64,000 nucleotides of DNA, from positions 4,402-68,401 of the forward strand of contig JBEPVD010000006.1 in assembly GCA_041691155.1 (NCBI GenBank), given 5' to 3'. The DNA is from Candidatus Dormiibacterota bacterium (GTDB lineage Bacteria > Chloroflexota > Dormibacteria > Aeolococcales > Aeolococcaceae). This document shows, piece after piece, positions 28,274-36,440 of the stretch. The position numbers and the translations under genes are program-made. Each line of letters opens with the position of its first letter. Positions within the stretch are counted from its first letter, which is position 1. The notes beneath the pieces were generated by a model. The model did no database searches and was not told the origin of the DNA. It saw nothing but the letters and a program-made list of their open reading frames with translations.

Positions 28274-28879
28274 ATGGCGTTCATCACCAGGGGATTCAAG
28301 GGACGGCCGCGAGACCGCTCGATTGGCGATCGCCTGCCCCCCGGGCAGTACCTGGTCAACGATTTTCCGGTGCTCTCCACCGGCCCCACGCCACACCTGC
28401 CGCGGTCTGAATGGACCTTCTCGATCACCGGCGAGGTGGACGACGAGAAGCACTGGACATGGGAGGAGTTTCGCGAGCTCCCGAGCGAGACGATCACGAA
28501 GGACATTCACTGCGTCACCAAGTGGTCGAAGCTCGACACAACCTGGGAAGGTGTGTCGTTGGACACGCTGCTCGCCCAGGTCGACTCCGCAGCTGATTAC
28601 GCCATGGCGTTCTCCGACGGTGGCTACACCACCAACATTCCGCTCGACGACCTCACGGGCGGCCAGGCGTGGCTTGCGTTTGCGTATGGCGGGCAGGCGC
28701 TCGAACCCGAGCATGGCGGGCCTGCCCGTTTGCTGGTGCCCCATCTGTACCTGTGGAAGAGCGCCAAGTGGGTTCGCGGGCTGCAGCTGATGAACGAGGA
28801 CTCGCCGGGCTTCTGGGAAACCTACGGCTACCACATGTATGGGGATCCATGGCAGGAGCAGCGCTACAGCGGCGACTGA
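28274..28879 (+). CDS. sulfite-oxidase-like molybdopterin oxidoreductase (YedY/MsrP-related catalytic core)
   Basis: Conserved IHCVTKWSKL Cys region and GGPARLLVPHLYLWKSAKWV. ATG at 28274; a TTG at 28259 is an alternative. Confidence 0.75.
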   Translation: MAFITRGFKGRPRDRSIGDRLPPGQYLVNDFPVLSTGPTPHLPRSEWTFSITGEVDDEKHWTWEEFRELPSETITKDIHCVTKWSKLDTTWEGVSLDTLLAQVDSAADYAMAFSDGGYTTNIPLDDLTGGQAWLAFAYGGQALEPEHGGPARLLVPHLYLWKSAKWVRGLQLMNEDSPGFWETYGYHMYGDPWQEQRYSGD

Positions 28880-29604
28880 CCTGGCGTGTCGGGGAGGTCG
28901 TCGAACTCATCGACGAGACGCCGCGCGTTCGGAGCGTCGTGATGTCGGTCGCGGGCTGGCCTGGTCACCGGGCCGGCCAGCACGTTGACGTCCGCCTGAC
29001 TGCGGATGATGGGTATGAGGCGCAGCGCAGTTACTCGATCGCATCGCCGCCGGAAACCGGCGAGCGGATCACGGTGACGGTCGAACGCATCGATGACGGT
29101 GAGGTTTCGCCCTTTCTCGCCGGCGAGTTGCGCGCCGGCGATCGAATCGAACTTCGGGGGCCGATCGGCGGGTACTTCGCGTGGGACGTCGCAGAGGGCG
29201 GTCCGATGCTGCTGGTGGCGGGGGGCTCGGGAATCTGTCCGCTCATGGCGATGCTTCGACACCGCAGTGCGCAGCGGAGTGTGATTCCGACTCGACTGCT
29301 CTACTCATCGCGTTCGCTGGAGGACGTCATCTACCGCGAGGAGCTCGATCGTCTCGCCGCGGAAGGCACCGGGCTCGAGGTCGTCCACACGCTCACGCGT
29401 GCCCAGCCCGAAGGGTGGACCGGGTTCATGCGGCGCATCGACCGCACGATGCTGTTCCAGGTCGCCTGGGAACCAGAAGCGCGGCCCGTGATCTTCGTCT
29501 GCGGTCCGACGCCGCTGGTCGAGGCGACGGCGGAGGCACTCGTGGCACTCGGACATGACCCGACGATGATCAAAACAGAACGGTTCGGACCAACAGGAGG
29601 CTGA
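28849..29604 (+). CDS. FNR-like FAD/NAD(P)-binding ferredoxin reductase
   Basis: RSYSIAS FAD motif and GGSGICP NAD(P) motif. The only in-frame start before the conserved N-terminus is ATG 28849, giving a 31-nt overlap with the upstream gene. Confidence 0.75.
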   Translation: MAGAALQRRLTWRVGEVVELIDETPRVRSVVMSVAGWPGHRAGQHVDVRLTADDGYEAQRSYSIASPPETGERITVTVERIDDGEVSPFLAGELRAGDRIELRGPIGGYFAWDVAEGGPMLLVAGGSGICPLMAMLRHRSAQRSVIPTRLLYSSRSLEDVIYREELDRLAAEGTGLEVVHTLTRAQPEGWTGFMRRIDRTMLFQVAWEPEARPVIFVCGPTPLVEATAEALVALGHDPTMIKTERFGPTGG

Positions 29605-29606
29605 AA

Positions 29607-29900
29607 ATGGCCGTTGACGACACCATGTTGCGACTCGATGGCAGCGCAATGGCCGGCCTGCTCCATGAGTTGTTCGTGGACGACGTGACCACTGCTCGGG
29701 GCGAGTGCGCGTCGTGCGGGTCTGTCGCCCGGATCGGTGAGCAACAGCTCTATATGTACCCGCGCTCGCCCGGCGCAGTCCTGCGTTGCGCCGGCTGCGA
29801 GAACGTCCTCATGGTGATTGTCCATACGGAAGGACGCGTGCGTCTCGGCTTTCGGGGACTTTCGTGGCTGGAGGTTCGGCAGAACTTCGCGTCGGATTGA
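29607..29900 (+). CDS. small CxxC...CxxC zinc-ribbon protein (DUF6510-like)
   Basis: 97 aa. CASCG ... CAGCE pairs. GGAGG RBS. Starts 2 nt after the reductase stop. Confidence 0.55.
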   Translation: MAVDDTMLRLDGSAMAGLLHELFVDDVTTARGECASCGSVARIGEQQLYMYPRSPGAVLRCAGCENVLMVIVHTEGRVRLGFRGLSWLEVRQNFASD

Positions 29901-29936
29901 TCGACCCGTACCGAGCGTCGACGCAGCGACGCGCGA

Positions 29937-30938
29937 CTACGCGCTCGCCGGGGCAGGTCGAGCGGAGAACAGTTGGAAGATGCTGCCGAGATGCAGCCGT
30001 TCGTTGATGAACGCGTACGAGACGAGGCCGAGCATCAACGACAGACCGGTGAGCAGCCCGCGCTGGATGATCGCGGCAGCACCTGCCGCGCCGTGATCGA
30101 AACCCAGAAAGATCAGCAGTGCCGCGACGGTGGCCTCATTGGCGCCCACGCCGCCGGGGATGAGGCTGATCGCGCCACCGATCGTGGAGAGCGCGAGAAC
30201 GAACGCAGCCTGCCACCAGCCGATTCTCCCGGGCTCGAGAGCGCCCAACATCAACCAGAACGTGGTCACCGCGACGACGACACGAGCGGCGTCCAGCACC
30301 GACAGCGCCAGCGCGTCGGGCCGATGCAGCAGCAGGACGGTCTCCTGCTGCAACTCGTCGATGGCAGGCAACAGCTTGTTCAGGAAGGGAATGTGCGCCA
30401 CGACGTCGTGGACGCGGCAGAACACCGGTGACACCGTGAGGATGATCACCAGCATGGCAATGCCTGCCGCGACGGGGATCACCGCAGCAAGTCCGTAGCC
30501 AAGCGCGAGGATCGCCGGCAACGCCGCGAGCATGAGCAACAGCGTGTAGGACAGCTCCTGAACGGTGACCGTCGCCGCGACGACGCCGAAGTCAAGGTCA
30601 TCCGCCGTGCTTGCGAACGCGGCTCGGGTGAGATCGCCCAGCGGTACCAATGCGGTGATGGTCTGCCCGGCGAGGCTGATGAGAATGGTGTCGCGAAGTC
30701 TGAGCTTGGTACCGACGTCAACGAGCAGGTAATGCCAGCGAATGCCCTGGAGGATATAGACCAGCACCGACAGCACGAGAATCGGTGCGATCAGCGCGAG
30801 CTGGAAGTGCTCGAGCGCGCCGCCGATCTCCCCGGGATTGAGAAAGAGGACCACACCGGCGATGCCCGCAAGACCGATCACCGCCGTGAGCGCGCGTCTC
30901 ACCGGAATCGGCACCTTGCGTCGCCTGGTTGGCGGCAC
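29937..30938 (-). CDS. UPF0104 / lysylphosphatidylglycerol-synthase-TM-region-like membrane protein
   Basis: 333 aa. About 8 hydrophobic helices with a basic N-terminus (PPTRRRKVPIPVRR). GTG start. Confidence 0.6.
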   Translation of the reverse strand: MPPTRRRKVPIPVRRALTAVIGLAGIAGVVLFLNPGEIGGALEHFQLALIAPILVLSVLVYILQGIRWHYLLVDVGTKLRLRDTILISLAGQTITALVPLGDLTRAAFASTADDLDFGVVAATVTVQELSYTLLLMLAALPAILALGYGLAAVIPVAAGIAMLVIILTVSPVFCRVHDVVAHIPFLNKLLPAIDELQQETVLLLHRPDALALSVLDAARVVVAVTTFWLMLGALEPGRIGWWQAAFVLALSTIGGAISLIPGGVGANEATVAALLIFLGFDHGAAGAAAIIQRGLLTGLSLMLGLVSYAFINERLHLGSIFQLFSARPAPASA

Positions 30939-30960
30939 GGGACGTGGCTTCGAAGCCCGC

Positions 30961-31122
30961 TCAGACGACGGCGCCGTCGTTCTCGTCCGCGTGTTCCGCA
31001 GGGTCGTTCAAGGCCGCCTCTGCACGTGCGAGCTCCGCCAGGACCTGATCCTCCACGCCCGTGGCGCCGAGGAGATAACTCTCGTCGGAGGGCGGGTCTG
31101 GGGAATCCTCGTCGTGTGCCAT
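30961..31122 (-). CDS. possible 53-aa acidic protein (below the ORF-track length cut-off)
   Basis: Hand translation: MAHDEDSPDPPSDESYLLGATGVEDQVLAELARAEAALNDPAEHADENDGAVV. It lies between the csp gene and the UPF0104 gene on the same strand. No clear RBS. Confidence 0.2.
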   Translation of the reverse strand: MAHDEDSPDPPSDESYLLGATGVEDQVLAELARAEAALNDPAEHADENDGAVV

Positions 31123-31249
31123 GGCGATCACTCTATCCGAGATCAGTCGGATTCGTCGATGGCGATGCGATGCGACGTGCGCATTCGGCCGAGGAGGAGG
31201 AGTGGTGTGATATCGACGATCTCACGTTCGAGATCGACGACGCACCACC

Positions 31250-31280
31250 GGCGCCATCGCACCCGTGGGTGCGAGGCGCC
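31250..31280 (-). terminator. stem-loop downstream of the csp gene
   Basis: GGCGCC-tc-GCACC-cacg-GGTGC-gat-GGCGCC on the minus strand, beginning 14 nt after the TAA stop. No U-tract. Confidence 0.35.
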
Positions 31281-31293
31281 GGCAGCAACGGCT

Positions 31294-31494
31294 TTAGGCC
31301 GCCCGGACCTGGGCCGCGCGCGGGCCCTTGTCGCTACGCTCGACTTCAAAGCTCACGCGCTCGTCGCCGGTCAGGTTCTCGAAGCTCAACGAGCTGTCGA
31401 GGCCGCTGCGATGGAAGAAATATTCCTGTCCATCTTCTGCGGTGATGAAACCGAAGCCGCGCTCGGCCACGATTTTCTTTACGGTACCAGTCAT
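31294..31494 (-). CDS. csp: cold-shock protein (CspA family)
   Basis: 66 aa. RNP-1-like ERGFGFI and a YFFH RNP-2-like motif. ATG at 31492-31494 with GGAGA RBS. About 187 nt of upstream non-coding DNA is consistent with a long csp 5' UTR. Confidence 0.9.
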   Translation of the reverse strand: MTGTVKKIVAERGFGFITAEDGQEYFFHRSGLDSSLSFENLTGDERVSFEVERSDKGPRAAQVRAA

Positions 31495-31681
31495 TCTGGT
31501 GGTCTCCAATTCCTTCTCTCCATTGAAAACAGACGCAGCGCGTCCGTTCGAGAAGGAATGACGACCACGAGCGATACACCTCGGTAATCGAGGCGATGGG
31601 ACCATCCTACCCTACCGGGACCATTCAGAAACGTGCGAACCTCCGGATGCCGCTCGAATCGAGGTCCGTTAGGATCGTCTG

Positions 31682-32038
31682 ATGGCAACACTGGTGGTCG
31701 AAGGCGACCAGTTGATCATGCGTATGACGACGCTCGAACACGTCGAAGGCGTCCATCAGGACATCACGGCCCCGCTCTCGGCAGTGCAGGCAGTGCGGGT
31801 CAGTGCGGACGTCTGGTCTGAGCTCCGGGGAATCCGGGCGCCGGGGACCGGAATTCCACATGTGGTTGCGGTGGGTACGCGGCGCGGGTCCTTCGGTAAG
31901 GATTTTGCTGCAGTCCACGGGACCGGACGGGGCGTCGTCGTAGAGCTCAGCGGCCAGGCCTACGGACGCCTGGTGTTGACCGTGGACGACCCCGACACCG
32001 TCGTGCAACACGTCGCGGACGCGACCCGCCAGCGCTGA
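31682..32038 (+). CDS. hypothetical protein
   Basis: 118-aa ORF with coding-type composition, followed 13 nt later by the metallopeptidase gene. No motif that I can name. Confidence 0.5.
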   Translation: MATLVVEGDQLIMRMTTLEHVEGVHQDITAPLSAVQAVRVSADVWSELRGIRAPGTGIPHVVAVGTRRGSFGKDFAAVHGTGRGVVVELSGQAYGRLVLTVDDPDTVVQHVADATRQR

Positions 32039-32051
32039 GGGGCGCCGGCGG

Positions 32052-32426
32052 ATGCCGTACCACGTCTCGACTGACGAGTTCGAACTCATCGCTGCGGACG
32101 CGCTCGAGATGATTCCCCCGGAGTTGCGCGCCCGCATGGACGCTGACAACCTGATGATCACCATCGAGGCGGAACCGAGCGACGACGACCGTCGCAATGG
32201 GATCGACCGGCACGTGCTCGGGTTCTTCCAGGGTAGCGGCGGCGAGTCGACCTTCACGGCCCTCACGTACCCGAAACGGATCGTGCTGCTGCAACACAAC
32301 ATCGAGCGTTGGAGCCGGTCCCATGCGGAGCTGGTCGATCAAGTGACCGATACCGTCCTGCACGAAGTCGCGCACTACTTCGGCATGAGCCACGACGACA
32401 TCGACAGGACGCGGCTGCGCCACTAA
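32052..32426 (+). CDS. zincin-like metallopeptidase family protein
   Basis: 124 aa. HExxH motif in LHEVAHYFG near the C-terminus, as in the small actinobacterial metallopeptidase family. Confidence 0.7.
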   Translation: MPYHVSTDEFELIAADALEMIPPELRARMDADNLMITIEAEPSDDDRRNGIDRHVLGFFQGSGGESTFTALTYPKRIVLLQHNIERWSRSHAELVDQVTDTVLHEVAHYFGMSHDDIDRTRLRH

Positions 32427-34135
32427 TCGCCGGCTACTCCGGTCGAGCGGTAGGTGGCGCCGAGCGCTCGCGCGAGTGTTGCGTGTGCGGGCCCTGCACC
32501 GATGAGCACCGATTTCGCCGGATCGACATCGTGTGCGCGCGCGAACGCCAGCGGCAGCCCGGGCAACGGAGGCCGGCACCAGCACCGCGGAGGGCCGCCG
32601 CCGTGCGTGCAGACTGCCGTCTCCACGGGGCCCGAGACCCGTGGCGTCAGCCGTGCGGCGCACGCGTGTAGGTCGCCGGGGATGCCACCGCCAGAGCTCC
32701 AGTCGAACACCAGCCAAGGCGCCGCCGCGTCGACACTTTCCATGACGGTGTCCCAATCAGGCTGGCGCAATGCTGCCGCAGCCACGAAAACGCCGGCGTG
32801 CGCCCGGTGCAACGGTGCGCGAGTGAATGTCACGCGCTTCACGTCAACGAATCCTTCGCCATCCGACGGCGGTTCGAGTTCGCGACACGAGCGCATCTGC
32901 GAAGCCGGAGCAAGGAGACCGGGCTCGCTTTTCGCGTGCCGTGCCAGGTCTTCGGGCGCGGGGAGCGATCCGAAACGATCGAGGAGACGCTCCACGAGGT
33001 TGACCTGTGCCTGCGCGAGCGGCGTGTCCAGCCAGACACAGCGCACCGGGACACGATGACGGTGCGCCGACTCGACGACGTGGCTCCGCGTCGCGCGCGT
33101 GAGATAGGTATTGTCGAGGACGACGCGCTTGGTGCCGGACGAGAGCGCGTGATTCAGCGACTCGCTCAACTCGCGCAAGGAACCACCACGTTCGTCGCGG
33201 TTGAGACGGAGATACCCTCGATCCGCATAGTCGTGAGCGACGCTGGATTTGCCAGCCCCGGGAATCCCCATGATCAGCACCACCTCGGAGCCGTCGCTTC
33301 GCGCCGTCTCAGTGCCATGCCATGGGCGTTGGCTTCCGAACGTACGATTGAGCATCCCGCGTTCTTCAGGCGCCAACCGTAGCGACGCAGCGTGCGCCGA
33401 TGACCGAGCCGTTTCGGGGCGCCTCGCGCCCGGTATCGCGATCACGCTGGGTGACAGTTCGAGGAGCCACGCGAGCGCAACTTCCGCGGACGTCGTGGCA
33501 TGCAGCGTCGCCACGTCCAACAGCGCGGAATTCCGTTCGAGCGAGCCCGCTCGACGCACGCCTCCGAGTGGCGAGTGTGCAATGACCATGATCCCATTGT
33601 CCTCGCAGTAGTCGACGACGCCCGCGCGTATCGCGCCGTCCCTGAGCACGCTCAGTTCGACTTCCACGGCAGCGATGGGCACGAGTTCGAGCGCCGCCTC
33701 CACCTGCTGACGGTTCACGTTGGAGAGCCCCACGTGACGGACGACATGCTCGTCAAGCAAGCGCCGCAACGCGCGCACCGAGGTCACCCACGGTGTCCGC
33801 GAATCGGGTGCGTGGATGAGATACAGGTCAATGTCGAGACCGTCGAGCGCCGCTCGACTCGCTTCGCACCCCGCCAGGATTGCCTTTGCACGCCCGTCGG
33901 GAATCCAGCCGTCGCCGGTCCGTGCCATACCCCCCTTAGTGACGATCCGTGCCGAACCCTCGGCGCCTGACGCACGAATCGCGCGAGCCAGCAATCGTTC
34001 GTTGTGGCCCATGTCCGATTCACCGTGTCCATATGCATGCGCTGTGTCGAAGACGGTGACCCCCGCGCCGAGAGCGGCCACGATGGTGTCGAGACCTCGC
34101 TGCTCGTCCCGGGCGGCATCCGTCGACAAGCGCAT
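32423..34135 (-). CDS. three-domain fusion: aldo/keto reductase, P-loop (AAA_33/PNK-like) kinase, HAD-IIIA-like domain with degenerate catalytic motifs
   Basis: AKR tetrad contexts FDTAHAYG, IVTKGG, LIHAPD. Walker A GIPGAGKS. HAD-IIIA hallmark CWCRPPLPG is present, but motif I reads VFVAAAAL and motif IV reads LIGAGPAH. The frame stays open upstream of ATG 34135 with no ATG/GTG/TTG. Confidence 0.75.
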   Translation of the reverse strand: MRLSTDAARDEQRGLDTIVAALGAGVTVFDTAHAYGHGESDMGHNERLLARAIRASGAEGSARIVTKGGMARTGDGWIPDGRAKAILAGCEASRAALDGLDIDLYLIHAPDSRTPWVTSVRALRRLLDEHVVRHVGLSNVNRQQVEAALELVPIAAVEVELSVLRDGAIRAGVVDYCEDNGIMVIAHSPLGGVRRAGSLERNSALLDVATLHATTSAEVALAWLLELSPSVIAIPGARRPETARSSAHAASLRLAPEERGMLNRTFGSQRPWHGTETARSDGSEVVLIMGIPGAGKSSVAHDYADRGYLRLNRDERGGSLRELSESLNHALSSGTKRVVLDNTYLTRATRSHVVESAHRHRVPVRCVWLDTPLAQAQVNLVERLLDRFGSLPAPEDLARHAKSEPGLLAPASQMRSCRELEPPSDGEGFVDVKRVTFTRAPLHRAHAGVFVAAAALRQPDWDTVMESVDAAAPWLVFDWSSGGGIPGDLHACAARLTPRVSGPVETAVCTHGGGPPRCWCRPPLPGLPLAFARAHDVDPAKSVLIGAGPAHATLARALGATYRSTGVAGD

Positions 34136-34326
34136 GCAACCAAGGCCGATGCGGAGCTCGGATGGGTGAAGCCAGGGTGCGGGACTCAGGCAGCACAGCC
34201 TACGCCAGCAGGAGAACGGCGTCGGGGGAATGGCGTCCCCGGTGTCACACCTCCGTGGAGCCGCCGAGCCACGTTCGTCATCGATCCCGACACACGATCC
34301 CAGTCCCGGCGCGGTACCTTCGGGAT

Positions 34327-35013
34327 ATGCGTGTGCTGATCGTCGAGGATGACGTCACCCTCGCCAAGGAAGTGAGCCGGGCTCTCGGGGAGTACGGAAT
34401 CGGGGCCGACTGTGTCGAGACCGGGCGCGATGCGCTCCTGGCAGCGTCAACCTCGGCCTTCGACGTTGTGGTCCTTGACGTCATGCTTCCGAGCGGAGTC
34501 GACGGCTTCGCGGTCTGCCGTGAGCTACGCCACCAGAACAACGGCGCGGGCATCCTGATGCTCACCGCGCGGGACGCGGTCAGCGATCGCGTGAGTGGAC
34601 TCGAAGCGGGCGCCGACGACTATCTGGTGAAGCCGTTTGCGTTTCAGGAACTGCTTGCCCGGATACGCGCGCTCGCACGACGCAACCTTCCCGACCGGGG
34701 CTCCATGTTGCATGCGGGCAACATCTCGATTGACACGCGTGGGCATGTGATCACGGTCGCCGGCACGCGCATCTCGGTGACGACGAAAGAGCACGCCATT
34801 CTCGAGTTGTTTGTGCACAATCGGGGACGCCTGCTGACACCCGCGCAGCTACACGATCACACGTGGAGTTACGACTACTCGCCGAGATCGAACCTGGTGC
34901 AGGTGTACGTGGCGCGGCTTCGACGCAAACTCGAGAATGCCGGCGCCGACTACCGCATCGTGACGATGCGGCGGAGCGGATACCGTCTCGAGCCCGTGGG
35001 TGGCAATGGATAG
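34327..35013 (+). CDS. OmpR-family response regulator
   Basis: MRVLIVEDD receiver start, phospho-acceptor context VVLDVMLP, C-terminal winged-helix (LVQVYVARLRRKL). Confidence 0.9.
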   Translation: MRVLIVEDDVTLAKEVSRALGEYGIGADCVETGRDALLAASTSAFDVVVLDVMLPSGVDGFAVCRELRHQNNGAGILMLTARDAVSDRVSGLEAGADDYLVKPFAFQELLARIRALARRNLPDRGSMLHAGNISIDTRGHVITVAGTRISVTTKEHAILELFVHNRGRLLTPAQLHDHTWSYDYSPRSNLVQVYVARLRRKLENAGADYRIVTMRRSGYRLEPVGGNG

Positions 35014-36223
35014 CGCCGCCAATCCACAGGCGCAGCACTCGATCTCCAGCGCCCGGCGAGTTCGGCGCTTGTTGGGACGGACGGTGAGTCATCCGCAACA
35101 GCTGACCGGGCGAGGTCAGATCGGCACCATGGTCGTCCTGTGCATTGCCGGTCTCGTACTGGTCCTCATCGGCGAAACCGTTGCCCTCCCAGGGGTCACA
35201 CTGGGGAGCTACGCCCTGTTGGTCGTGCTCGCGGGTACGTGGACGCTGCCGACCGCTTGGGCTATGGCCGTGGTCGGCACCGCGCTCGTGGTACTGATCG
35301 CCGCTGTCGCCTACGGGTCGGTGGCTCCCGTGACCGGAGGATTCCAGCTCACGGCGACAGTCCTTCTGGCAGTTGTGAGCCGGCTCGCGGGTAGGGCGCT
35401 CAGGCGGTCGGAACTCCGCCGGAGCGAACTCCACGGACAACTCTTGGACAGTGAGCGCCGGCGAGCCGACCAGGCTGCGGCTCAACTCGCGGAGAAGGAG
35501 CATCTCAGTGCGGAACTTCGCGAACAGGCGGGCGAGTTGCGACGCCTCAACTCACGTCTCATCGACTTCACCGCTGACGCCGCGCACGAGCTCCGAGCAC
35601 CGCTCGCGATCATGCGGACTGTCGCAGACCGTGCTCTCGACCGTCCGCGCGAGGCTGCCGAATATCGCGACAGCCTCTCCACGCTCCAGCACGAGGTCGT
35701 TCGGATGAGCGAGCTGGCCGACGCCCTGCTCCTTCTCTCCAGGGCCGACCACGGCGAGGTTGTGGTGCACCGAACGGAGCTCGACGTCGCCGACTTTCTG
35801 GCCGAGGTCGCAGACAGATGGCAGGCGGTAGCGGAGAGCCGGGATCTGACCATCGATCTCGAGCTTCCGGACGACGGCGTGATCGATGCCGATCCGCTCC
35901 TGATCGCGCGGCTCTTTGACAACCTTTTGGACAACGCATGCCGGTACACGCCGGCGGGCGGCTCGCTGGGTCTGGCTGGGAAACCGCTCATCCCGACGGG
36001 CTGGGTCCTCAGCGTGTCCAACACCGGCGAGATGATCGCCCCGGATGTGCGCGGCGAGATCTTCGAACGGTTTCGACGCGGCGATCCCGCCCGCCAGCGC
36101 GAAACCGGGGGCGCGGGGTTGGGCTTGGCTCTTTGTCAGACCATCGCTCGCCTCCATGGAGGCATCGTCAGGCTCGACGAGCCGGACGGCCTGACAACGC
36201 GCTTCACGGTTGAGCTTCCCTGA
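35000..36223 (+). CDS. sensor histidine kinase
   Basis: TM segments, HisKA H-box (FTADAAHELRAPLA), and HATPase N/G boxes (DNLLDNACRYT, GGAGLGLALC). Overlaps the response-regulator gene by 14 nt. Confidence 0.85.
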   Translation: MAMDSAANPQAQHSISSARRVRRLLGRTVSHPQQLTGRGQIGTMVVLCIAGLVLVLIGETVALPGVTLGSYALLVVLAGTWTLPTAWAMAVVGTALVVLIAAVAYGSVAPVTGGFQLTATVLLAVVSRLAGRALRRSELRRSELHGQLLDSERRRADQAAAQLAEKEHLSAELREQAGELRRLNSRLIDFTADAAHELRAPLAIMRTVADRALDRPREAAEYRDSLSTLQHEVVRMSELADALLLLSRADHGEVVVHRTELDVADFLAEVADRWQAVAESRDLTIDLELPDDGVIDADPLLIARLFDNLLDNACRYTPAGGSLGLAGKPLIPTGWVLSVSNTGEMIAPDVRGEIFERFRRGDPARQRETGGAGLGLALCQTIARLHGGIVRLDEPDGLTTRFTVELP

Positions 36224-36440
36224 CCCGATTGGGATTCTTGTTGCAGATGCTCAAGGTGACGTTCAGGTTCGGCGCCGATCATGGACTAGGGGCCTTTCAC
36301 GAGGGGTTTGGAAGGTAGCCATCGGGATTACCGCGTCGCGGTTCCCGAGGTCGACCATCCGTAGGGGGAAACGAGCCGGCATGGTGAGCAATCGGGCGTC
36401 TCGCGGGACCGGCCGCGCGCCCAATTCATAGGAAGGGAAG

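Noticed and set aside
27872-28834. 320-aa minus-strand ORF
   Set aside because: It is antisense to the EAL domain and the Moco oxidoreductase gene, with an Arg/Gly/Glu-biased composition.
36224-36440. Possible riboswitch (compared from memory with ydaO/c-di-AMP and GEMM c-di-GMP motifs) in the leader of the NHL gene
   Set aside because: Only scattered G-rich words are present (GTAGGGGGAAAC, GGTGAGCAATC), in the wrong order. I could not fold a convincing conserved architecture. It is kept only as a long leader within the two-component-system finding.
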